This document shows, in pieces, positions 16,596 through 24,361 of a stretch of 64,000 nt of DNA. Source of the stretch: an uncultured Elusimicrobia bacterium (GTDB lineage: Bacteria > Elusimicrobiota > Elusimicrobia > Elusimicrobiales > UBA9959); the NCBI GenBank assembly GCA_903879915.1, contig CAIRNJ010000013.1, positions 833-64,832 of the forward strand, written 5' to 3'. Numbering within the stretch: the stretch's first letter is position 1; each line of letters begins with the position of its first letter. The notes under the pieces are model-generated. The model worked only from the letters and a program-made list of their open reading frames with translations, made no database searches and was not told the DNA's origin. A program made the translations under genes and the position numbers.

Positions 16596-17537
16596 ATGTC
16601 TTTCCTAAAACTTAAAAAACCGCTCAACGGCCTCAAAGAGCTCAGGGACTTCGACCCGGGCCTCTCCGATCTTGCCGCCCTGCTCATCGGGGCGAAGCCG
16701 GTGCTTTACACGGACTTTTCCGCCGCCGGCTGGCCCTACATAAAGGAGCTGTGCGGGGCGCTTAAGCTCAGGTATCTCCTGCCTGAAGCCGTTTACGGGC
16801 GGGCGGGCTTCAAGGCCGCGCCGAAGTCCGGGAAACGGATGCTGCTCATAGGCAAGACCCCAAAAGTCCTGAAGGAAGCCGCGGAAAGCTGGAACCGTTC
16901 CCCCACCGACCCGGCCTGGGGCCGCCTGCTCGGCTACCCTGACTGCTGCGTTAAGGCCTACATAGACTGGCGCGCGGTGGCGCACAAGACCGACCTAGTC
17001 AATTTCACCTTTGCCAGGACCGTCAAAAAGGAGCGGCTGCACTTCGGGCTGAACAACGTTTTTAACTATTTCTCGCGGTTGACCGGCGAACCGGCCGACA
17101 TGGCGGATTTCGCGCGCATAAGGGCGGCCAACAAGGACCTGGGTATTTCCACTTTGCAGGTGATAAGCTGGCACCCCTGCGCCTATGATTGCGGGCGCAG
17201 CGTAAAACTTGCCGGCGAGATCTTCGCTTTCCTGCTCGAGCACCTGCCGGAGCGCGCGGCGGAGCTGAAAAGCCGCCTGGCAAAGCCGGTGCTTTTCAGG
17301 GATAAATACGAATACCTTCTCCTGAACGGACGGGAGAAGAACTCTAAAGTCTATTATTTAGGCATCGCCAGGCCTGAAGGCCTGCTGCCGGAAGAGATAA
17401 AGCGCAGGATAGCGGCCGGGAACGTCCTTTGCGCCGGGAAAGGCCGCGTCGCCGTGTTCAGCGGCGCCAGGCCGCTTTATGAAATAACCTCCGCCAAACC
17501 TTTTTCGCTGCTTAATTTCACGGCGGCTCAAAAATAA
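16596..17537 (+). CDS. hypothetical Cys-motif protein co-transcribed with rSAM 15611
   Basis: 313 aa from ATG 16596; conserved-looking motifs LLGYPDCCVKAY and WHPCAYDCGRS (possible metal site); no family confidently recognised. Confidence 0.5.
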   Translation: MSFLKLKKPLNGLKELRDFDPGLSDLAALLIGAKPVLYTDFSAAGWPYIKELCGALKLRYLLPEAVYGRAGFKAAPKSGKRMLLIGKTPKVLKEAAESWNRSPTDPAWGRLLGYPDCCVKAYIDWRAVAHKTDLVNFTFARTVKKERLHFGLNNVFNYFSRLTGEPADMADFARIRAANKDLGISTLQVISWHPCAYDCGRSVKLAGEIFAFLLEHLPERAAELKSRLAKPVLFRDKYEYLLLNGREKNSKVYYLGIARPEGLLPEEIKRRIAAGNVLCAGKGRVAVFSGARPLYEITSAKPFSLLNFTAAQK

Positions 17538-17547
17538 ATACCTGGCG

Positions 17548-18249
17548 TCAGCAGCCGCGCGCCTTCAGGCAGCGGGGAGTGAAGACGAGCCGTTCGACCG
17601 CCTTATGCGGGCAGGGCGCGTTGCCCCTGAAGTAAGCGTTAGCGCGAAGGACAAGGCTCTCCCCCCCGGGGCGGGTCAGCCCGGCCTGGACGCCGGCGCA
17701 GCCGCGCCCGCAAGCCGCGGACAGTTCCCCGGTATGCGCGCAGAGCCGGCTCATGGCCAGGTATTCCAGCGGGTAATGGAAGGAAATTTTAAGCGGCGAC
17801 GAGGCGGGCAGGTTACCCACCATGCCCGCCTCGTCGCTTTCGAGCAGTTTTATCCCGTACTCCCTGAAGAACTTTTTCAGGAATTCCGGGGACATGCGCA
17901 GGAAATCATGCGACACCGGCCTGCCCAGCAGAGGAACGGCCCGACCGCGGAAACGCCGCCGCAGCGCCGCCAGCAGGCCCAGGTCGTTGACCGACACTTC
18001 CACCTCTTTTTCCGTCTCGAGCACCCGCTCCAGCGTCTTGATGAATTTTTTAAGCGCCGCGCCGGTAAGCAGCGGGGTGGCCAGGGTCAGCGCGCGCGCG
18101 CCCGCCGCGCGCAGGCGGCGCACGTCGTCCGCGGCCGGCAGCAGGTTCTGGCAGAAGGAGCTGCCGATATAGACCCGGCCGTAGCAGCGGAGAAACCCCG
18201 GCTTGATCAGCAGCGCCTCGGGCGGGGTAAGGGAGACGGCCAGTTCCAT
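17548..18249 (-). CDS. peptidase-U32-family small paralogue (UbiV-like)
   Basis: 233 aa; start overlaps upstream stop (TGATG); TIM-barrel-like N-terminus (RVYIGSSFCQNLLP...ALTLATPLL) and Cys cluster CAHTGELSAACGRGCAG. Confidence 0.5.
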   Translation of the reverse strand: MELAVSLTPPEALLIKPGFLRCYGRVYIGSSFCQNLLPAADDVRRLRAAGARALTLATPLLTGAALKKFIKTLERVLETEKEVEVSVNDLGLLAALRRRFRGRAVPLLGRPVSHDFLRMSPEFLKKFFREYGIKLLESDEAGMVGNLPASSPLKISFHYPLEYLAMSRLCAHTGELSAACGRGCAGVQAGLTRPGGESLVLRANAYFRGNAPCPHKAVERLVFTPRCLKARGC

Positions 18250-19148
18250 CAGAATCCCTCCTTCAGGCGCAGGTACGCTCTGTCCATGGCGGTCCTTACC
18301 CGCAAAGCCTCGGCGGTGAAGCGTTCGCGCGAAAGCCCCGCGGCCAGCAGGCCCGCGAGGAGGCGTCCTTCGGCGAAGATCACGCGGGAGATCTCGGCCA
18401 CGGGAGAACGCCCCACTTTCAGGGTGCCGACGCCCAGGCGGTGATAATCGTGCAGCTGCGCCAGGTGCTCGGCCGGCGAGAACGCCGGCATGACGAAGCC
18501 GCGCCCGCGCAGGAGGAATTTCTTCTTGCAGGTGTTGGAATCTTTACCGCGGCATTCCAGGAAACACAGCCCGTTAAAGTTGCGGCAGCATTCCCTGGCC
18601 TTCAAAAAAACCTCCGTGCCTATGCCCCAGCGGTTGCGCACCAGTTCGGCGGCCTCGGCCGGCAGCAGCTGCTCCGGCAGGGCGAGGCGCGTCACGCCGT
18701 AGCGGCGGTAAAAGCCCAGCGCGGCGGCGTTGAGGCAGCAGGAAAGCGTGCTCAGTATCAGCGGGGTCCTTATGCGGCGCCGCCGGAGCAGGTCCATCAG
18801 CGCGAGGTCCCTGATTATCACGCCGTCTATGCCGCCGCCGGCCAGCTCCGCTATCACCCCGGCCGTCCTTTCCAGCAGGGCCGCGTGGACCTCGTTGGCG
18901 GCAAAGAACATTTTCGCCCCGGCGGCGCGGGCCAGCGCCGCGGCTTTCAGTATCTCGCCGGTCGAAGCGAAATTCCTGGCGCCTTCGACATGGCTCGGGA
19001 TATATTCAAGGCCGCAATAAAGCTCCGCCGCGCCTTCGCGGAGGTAATATTCGAGATCGCGGAAGGAGCCTATTCCCACCTGCAGGTTCATCGGCGCGGG
19101 TTCCGCGCCCCGCGTTCCGGTCGTCCTCCGGTTTGTTGTTCCCGTCAT
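18249..19148 (-). CDS. peptidase U32 family protein (UbiU/RlhA/TrhP-like)
   Basis: 299 aa (ATG 19091 is an alternative start); U32-like N-terminus (AAELYCGLEYIPSHVEGARNF...AGAKMFFAANEV) and Cys cluster CCRNFNGLCFLECRGKDSNTC. Confidence 0.6.
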   Translation of the reverse strand: MTGTTNRRTTGTRGAEPAPMNLQVGIGSFRDLEYYLREGAAELYCGLEYIPSHVEGARNFASTGEILKAAALARAAGAKMFFAANEVHAALLERTAGVIAELAGGGIDGVIIRDLALMDLLRRRRIRTPLILSTLSCCLNAAALGFYRRYGVTRLALPEQLLPAEAAELVRNRWGIGTEVFLKARECCRNFNGLCFLECRGKDSNTCKKKFLLRGRGFVMPAFSPAEHLAQLHDYHRLGVGTLKVGRSPVAEISRVIFAEGRLLAGLLAAGLSRERFTAEALRVRTAMDRAYLRLKEGF

Positions 19149-19163
19149 ATGGTCAAAGGCGGA

Positions 19164-20357
19164 TCAAAGCCATTTTTCTATCTCGGCGTACGGCCTGGAC
19201 AGGGACCAGTAATAGGTCCCGCGCGAAAAGCGGCTCTTTACAAAGCCCTTCTGCGTAAGCCGGGCGGCGGAATTCATCACGGCGTTGCCGTCCGAGCAGT
19301 CCCGGCAGAGCACTATTTTTTTCGACAGCCGCAGCGCCTCCCTGGTCGACGCTTCTTTTTTCAGCCGCAGTATCTCCACCAGGCAGCGCTCGTTGTCCGA
19401 AAGGAAAACCCTGCCGGCGGCCGGAGTATCCCCGGGCCTGCCCGGCGCCTTGACCGGAGCAAACCCGTTCCAGCCGAAAAGTTTCACGTAATTCCGGTCC
19501 GCCCCGCGGCATTTCCCGGCCAGGGCGCAGCGGCGGCAGGGCGGGCCTTTCACCTTGGCCGCGTCGGCGCCGGCGTCCAGGTCGGTGCGCTTCCCGTCGG
19601 GGTCGGTGACCACGGTGTTGAAGGCGTCGAGCCCTATGGCCAGGTTCTCGCGGCCGCTTATGAAGCAGGGCGGGGTGTTCAGGAAAAGTATCTCGCCCGG
19701 CAGGCCCGCTGCCTCCATGGTCCTGACCGCCCTGAGGAAATGCGGGGCGCATTGCGGCAGGCTGACGCCCAGCTTCCCGGCGTTAGCGGCCATGGACCCC
19801 ATATACACGGGATAAATTATGACGAAGTTGGTTATGCCGCGTTCCAGGAAGAATTTTATTATCTCCGGCAGGCGCCTGTAGTTCCGGCGGTTCACCAGGA
19901 TATTGGTGCCGACGCGTATCTTAAGGCGGCGGAGGTGCTCGAGCCCGGCCAGCGCCTTTTTGAAGGCCCCCGGCGCCCCCGTCAGCGCGTCGTGGTCTTT
20001 TTCCCTGTCGGTGGTGAAGGAGAATTTGCAGAAAGTGAGCCCGGCCTTGACCAGGCCGGCGCAGAACGCGGCGTCGGCCAGTTCTATCCCGTTGGTCTGC
20101 ACACGGATAAAATCGAAACCCACCGACTTGCCCAGCGCTATGACCTTGAGTATGTCCGGACGTATAAGCGGCTCCCCGCCGGTCAGGCCCAGTCGGCCGT
20201 AGCCGGCCTTGCGGGCGGCGTAGATATTGCGCGCTATGGCGGCGAACGGGGCGTTGCGCGACTTGTCGAAGCCGCCCTGCGAGCAGAAAAGGCAGCGCGC
20301 GTTGCAGTTATAGTTGAGTATCAGCTCGAAGCATTTTTCGCCGGCGGTCTTTTTCAT
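19164..20357 (-). CDS. radical SAM protein (fam1) with extra C-terminal winged-helix-like domain
   Basis: 397 aa from ATG 20357 (ATGA overlap with upstream stop); CNARCLFC; LTGGEPL; fam1 tail CRRCALAGKCRGADRNYVKLFGWNGFAPVK. A further ~80 aa follows (ERCLVEILRLKKEASTREALRLS...ARLTQKGFVKS), which looks like a wHTH. Confidence 0.7.
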   Translation of the reverse strand: MKKTAGEKCFELILNYNCNARCLFCSQGGFDKSRNAPFAAIARNIYAARKAGYGRLGLTGGEPLIRPDILKVIALGKSVGFDFIRVQTNGIELADAAFCAGLVKAGLTFCKFSFTTDREKDHDALTGAPGAFKKALAGLEHLRRLKIRVGTNILVNRRNYRRLPEIIKFFLERGITNFVIIYPVYMGSMAANAGKLGVSLPQCAPHFLRAVRTMEAAGLPGEILFLNTPPCFISGRENLAIGLDAFNTVVTDPDGKRTDLDAGADAAKVKGPPCRRCALAGKCRGADRNYVKLFGWNGFAPVKAPGRPGDTPAAGRVFLSDNERCLVEILRLKKEASTREALRLSKKIVLCRDCSDGNAVMNSAARLTQKGFVKSRFSRGTYYWSLSRPYAEIEKWL

Positions 20358-21367
20358 ATCACCCCGTGGAGGCGCCGGAATACGGGGCTTGAAAGCCCTG
20401 CTTCGGCCGCGGCCTTCAGCCAGCGCGCGGCTATCTTCCCGGCCGCGGCCTGCCCGGCGGGGACCGGGCCGCCGGCCGGCCTGAACCGCGCCGCCGCCCA
20501 GGGCGCGGCCGGGCACGCGGACTGCGAGGAACTTATGCCGCCGCGCGCGGCCAGCCTGAAGAATTTTTCACGGCCCTTTCCGTCCGCCCCCGCGCGGAAA
20601 GGGCGCAGCATGGCGGCCGGGCCGGAGAGCATCTTATCGCAGGGATAAAAATAGCCGTCGGGCGCCAGCGTCAGGTTGCGGCAGGGCCCCGGCCGGGCGC
20701 CGCCGGAGGCCGCGGCTATCGCTTCGTAGCCGTTGGCGAGTTCCCACAGGCCGCGCCCGCTCCTGAGCCGGACCAGGTACTCCAGCAGCAGGGCTTTCGA
20801 CGAGGCCCGGAGGCGGGCCAGAGCGGCCCCGTCCCAGGCGGCGGTAATGTCCGGGGACCAGGCCACCCGCCCGAAACCCAGGCCGAGCAGGCAAAGGACG
20901 GCGGCGGCAAGTTCCCCCGCGCCGGCCGGGGTAGCCACCACGGCGGCGCTGACCCTTTTGCGCAGGGCGCGCGGGATATTGGCCGCGCCGGTCCGCGCGC
21001 GCCCGGGCACGCCGGGACCGGCCGGACCGAAGCTCACCGTCAGTTTAACCCCGCGCTTAAGGAGTTTTTGCGCCTCCCCTTTTTTCAGCAGGAGGCCGTT
21101 AGTGAAGAGCTGCACGGGCGCGCCGGGGCCGAAAAGTTCTTCTATCCGGGCCAGCGCCGCGTACGCGAGGTCCCTGCAAAGCAGCGGCTCGCCGCCGAGT
21201 ATGGTGAACCGGGGGGCGGCGGGGCGGGCGGCGGCGAAAGCGCCCAGAGCGGCGAAGAGGGCGGCCCTGGAGATGGTGCGCCTGGAGACGCCGGCGGCGT
21301 AGCAGCAGGGACAGGACAGGTTGCAGCGCCCGCTCAGGTAAATTACCAGATGGTCAGGTTTTAGCAT
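20354..21367 (-). CDS. radical SAM protein, anSME-like with partial SPASM/twitch element ('fam2')
   Basis: 337 aa from ATG 21367; CNLSCPCC; ILGGEPL; CRNLTLAPDGYFYPC auxiliary-cluster-like motif. Confidence 0.65.
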   Translation of the reverse strand: MLKPDHLVIYLSGRCNLSCPCCYAAGVSRRTISRAALFAALGAFAAARPAAPRFTILGGEPLLCRDLAYAALARIEELFGPGAPVQLFTNGLLLKKGEAQKLLKRGVKLTVSFGPAGPGVPGRARTGAANIPRALRKRVSAAVVATPAGAGELAAAVLCLLGLGFGRVAWSPDITAAWDGAALARLRASSKALLLEYLVRLRSGRGLWELANGYEAIAAASGGARPGPCRNLTLAPDGYFYPCDKMLSGPAAMLRPFRAGADGKGREKFFRLAARGGISSSQSACPAAPWAAARFRPAGGPVPAGQAAAGKIAARWLKAAAEAGLSSPVFRRLHGVI

Positions 21368-22320
21368 GGTCTTATCCGCGCCGCGGCCGCTGGCTTTTTT
21401 ACGGGTTTGAGCTCGCTGTCGCCGTAATTCTTCAGATACTCCACCCAGATGCCTTCGCACTGGTCATAAAGCAGGCAGCCGCGGCAGCGGGCGGTTTTCC
21501 TGCGGCCCACGGCGGCGCGCGACCCGATGGCGTCGGTGTTGATGAAATCCGGGGCCCAGTGCTCGGTCAGGAAAAGCGTCCGCTCGTTCGTCTCGCTTAT
21601 CTGGTCCAGGCAGTCCCTGAAATGGCAGAGCGGCACGTACCTGGCCTTCCACTGGTCCATGCCGGCGCGCCGCCCGAAGGCCAGCGCGCGCCGCATGAAC
21701 GGCGCGGCTTTTGAAATGCGCGGCACCAGGGCGCTGAAATTCCTCTTCGCGCCGCCGTAATTGGGGTCCACGAAGATATACTCCACGTTGCGCACGCCGC
21801 TGGCGGCGTAGAACCGCGCGAGCTCCGGCAGCGCGGCCAGATTCTGTTTTACCACGGTGGTATTGCCGCTGATCTTTTCGAACCCGAGCGCTTTCAGGTT
21901 TTTCAGCCCTTTCACCAGCTGGGCGAAGCTGCCCGGCACGCGCGTGAGCGCGTCATGCACGCGCGCGCCCGGGCCGTGCACCGAGAAGATCAGCGAATCT
22001 ATGCCGGAAGCGACTATTCGTTTCGCCGCCGCCATGTCGGCGAAGACGCGGCCGTTGGTGGCGCAGGCCACCTCGGCGATGCCGAGTTTTTTAGCGGCCG
22101 CCACCACGCGGCTGAAATCGGGGCGTATGGTGGCCTCGCCGCCTATTATCTCCAGGATGTCGGCGCCCTTGCTCCCGGCCCGCATTATCCCGGCCAGCAG
22201 CTCCGCCGTGCTTTTCTGCGGCAGGCCGCGCTTATCCTCGTCTATGCAGAAGGCGCAGTTGTTGTTGCAGGCGTAGCCGGTGAAGAGGACTATCTTAAGT
22301 TTTTTCCCGTTCTTTTTCAT
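21361..22320 (-). CDS. radical SAM protein (fam1)
   Basis: 319 aa from ATG 22320 (ATGA overlap); CNNNCAFC; IIGGEAT; SVHG; tail CRGCLLYDQCEGIWVEYLKNYGDSELKPVK. Confidence 0.7.
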   Translation of the reverse strand: MKKNGKKLKIVLFTGYACNNNCAFCIDEDKRGLPQKSTAELLAGIMRAGSKGADILEIIGGEATIRPDFSRVVAAAKKLGIAEVACATNGRVFADMAAAKRIVASGIDSLIFSVHGPGARVHDALTRVPGSFAQLVKGLKNLKALGFEKISGNTTVVKQNLAALPELARFYAASGVRNVEYIFVDPNYGGAKRNFSALVPRISKAAPFMRRALAFGRRAGMDQWKARYVPLCHFRDCLDQISETNERTLFLTEHWAPDFINTDAIGSRAAVGRRKTARCRGCLLYDQCEGIWVEYLKNYGDSELKPVKKPAAAARIRPC

Positions 22321-23468
22321 TTCAGCAGCCCCGTCAGGCTGCGGTCCAGCACCAGCAGGAGCACGGCCCCCGCGAAGATCCACAGCGCGAAAGGCCTGCC
22401 GCGCACCGCTTCCACCTTGGCGTCGGGCACGGGCAGGCTCTTCAGCCAGTCCTTCAGTTCCGCCACCTGCTCGACGGTGAGGCCGTCCTTGAAGCAATCG
22501 TCGAAGGCGCCTTCGAAGACCGGGTTGCTCCTCAGGATGCGCGCGGCCTTCGAGGACAGCATCACGCCCGGCTCAAGCTCGCCGGCCGAAAGGCAATACG
22601 TGTCTTTTTTCTCCATCAGGAATTCCAGCATGAACCGCCCGAAGAAAAGCAGCAGGCTGAACGTCAGGACATTGCGAAGGGCCCCGGTGGCGAGCAGCCA
22701 CAGGTGCTCCGGGAAGTAAAAGAACCCGCCGATGAAATACACCGCGTAGCAGACGGCGCTTATGTAAACCCAGCGCCGGCTGCCGAACACGCCCCCGATC
22801 TTGTCCCACAGCATGAACAGGAAGAAGAACAGGATATCGGGGCGGGAAAAGAACCCGCCTATAAAGCCGCGGGCCTCCATGGCGAAGATCTGCTGCAGCA
22901 GGAAAAAGAGGCCCAGGTTGAACAGGCAGGCCGCCGCGGCCAATTTGTTCGTCCCGGCGCTCAGGGCGGACAGGCGCTTCCTGATATCGCCCCAGGTCTC
23001 CGCGAAAAAATCCCCGGGCGAGGCGGAAGCGAACCCGGAAGCGATGAAGCCGCCGAGTATCCACAGCGCGGCCGTCACGAAGATGTTTATCAGCAGGCTC
23101 AAAAAAAGATAGTGCGGGAAGCCGCGCAGGTACGGGTTGGCCAGCGGCAGGGCGGCCGAGACCAGCATGAAGAACTTGGCGTCCCCGGCGGGCCAGATCT
23201 CCGCGTACCAGAGTATCAGCCCGGCCAGCACCGACCAGAAAACGTGCATGGCGAGCAGCAGGTAAAAATAACAGTTCATGAAGCTCTGGGCGCGGCCGGC
23301 GTAGCCGAGCCCGGTGTAGACCGCAAAGGCCGCGAGCGCGGCGGCGAACAGCTTCAGCCCCGTCTTTATGGCGGCGTTGGGGATCTTCCTGGTGGCCAGG
23401 TCGCGGCTTACCACGGAAACCGACCAGGCGGTGAAGGCCGCGAGGAACAGCAGGGACACGCTCTTCAT
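22317..23468 (-). CDS. polytopic membrane protein with N-terminal A24 (prepilin/TadV-type) aspartyl-peptidase-like domain
   Basis: 383 aa from ATG 23468 (ATGA overlap); SRDLATRKIPN and WPAGDAKFFML resemble the two catalytic-Asp motifs (D...IPN; G.GD.KL) of A24 peptidases; many further TM segments and a ~70-aa soluble insert near the C-terminus. Confidence 0.5.
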   Translation of the reverse strand: MKSVSLLFLAAFTAWSVSVVSRDLATRKIPNAAIKTGLKLFAAALAAFAVYTGLGYAGRAQSFMNCYFYLLLAMHVFWSVLAGLILWYAEIWPAGDAKFFMLVSAALPLANPYLRGFPHYLFLSLLINIFVTAALWILGGFIASGFASASPGDFFAETWGDIRKRLSALSAGTNKLAAAACLFNLGLFFLLQQIFAMEARGFIGGFFSRPDILFFFLFMLWDKIGGVFGSRRWVYISAVCYAVYFIGGFFYFPEHLWLLATGALRNVLTFSLLLFFGRFMLEFLMEKKDTYCLSAGELEPGVMLSSKAARILRSNPVFEGAFDDCFKDGLTVEQVAELKDWLKSLPVPDAKVEAVRGRPFALWIFAGAVLLLVLDRSLTGLLK

Positions 23469-24358
23469 CTTCCCACCGGCTTCAGTTCGGCGGCGCCGAA
23501 CAGCTTGTAATATTCGCTCATCAGCCCGAGGCATTTTCTCCTGAGCCGGCAGCCGCGGCAGGCCGCCGGATAGACCCTGTCCTCCGGGGGCAGCGTCACC
23601 CGGCAGAGCGGCCTGAGCTCCGGCCTTACCTGGCAGAGCGGGAAATGGTAAAGCCTGAGGTCGGCGAAGCGCTTTATCAGCGGCAGGGCGGCGTCCACCG
23701 CTGCGGCGGAGGAGGAGAGCTTAAGCCCCACGGAGCGGTGGTTCTCCAGCGACATCCCCTCTATCTCGTAATGGATGGCCGTCACGCGGTAACGCCCGGT
23801 GTCCGGGAAGGTCTTGAGCAGGAATTCCAGCGTTTTGCGGAAATACGGCAGACTTATCTTGTGCAGCACCAGGCGTATCTCCACCCCGAGGCCGGGCCCC
23901 AGCGCGAAAAGGTTCCTGAGCCCGGCCACGGTCTGGGAGAAAGAGCCCCTGACCCCGGCCACGCCGTCGTGCGCGCCGGCCGTCGGGCCGTGCAGGGCTA
24001 TGGCCACGAAAAAAGGCGGCCGGGCGGCCGCGCAGAATTTCTCCGCGAATTTCCTGTCGGCGAAGCGCCGGCCGTTGGAAAGCAGCGTGATGGGCACGCG
24101 CGGCAGGCGGCGGCGGAAATAGGTCAGCAGCGGGAAAAAATCGGGATGGATGGTGGGCTCGCCGCCGGTGAGGCTGACGAAACCGGCGAGGTCCGCGTTC
24201 TTCAGGTATACCGGCCCCTGCCCCCTGAGGTAGCGCTCCATTTTTTCGATCTGCCCTTTAAGCCGGTACTGCGCGGAGTCCTGCCGGGAGAAGGAGGCCA
24301 TGTTGGTGCACATCACGCATTTACTGTTGCACTTGTTCCAGAAAGCTATGTCGGGCAT
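23465..24358 (-). CDS. radical SAM protein, HxsC-like (fam1), directly downstream of an HxsB-like gene
   Basis: 297 aa; CNSKCVMC; LTGGEPT; ALHG; tail CRGCRLRRKCLGLMSEYYKLFGAAELKPV. Confidence 0.7.
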   Translation of the reverse strand: MPDIAFWNKCNSKCVMCTNMASFSRQDSAQYRLKGQIEKMERYLRGQGPVYLKNADLAGFVSLTGGEPTIHPDFFPLLTYFRRRLPRVPITLLSNGRRFADRKFAEKFCAAARPPFFVAIALHGPTAGAHDGVAGVRGSFSQTVAGLRNLFALGPGLGVEIRLVLHKISLPYFRKTLEFLLKTFPDTGRYRVTAIHYEIEGMSLENHRSVGLKLSSSAAAVDAALPLIKRFADLRLYHFPLCQVRPELRPLCRVTLPPEDRVYPAACRGCRLRRKCLGLMSEYYKLFGAAELKPVGR

Positions 24359-24361
24359 AGG

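Noticed and set aside
18441-20648. 735-aa plus-strand ORF
   Set aside because: It is antisense to the U32 and two rSAM genes, which have clear motifs. It shows shadow-frame composition (Arg/Gly/Ala/Pro-rich).
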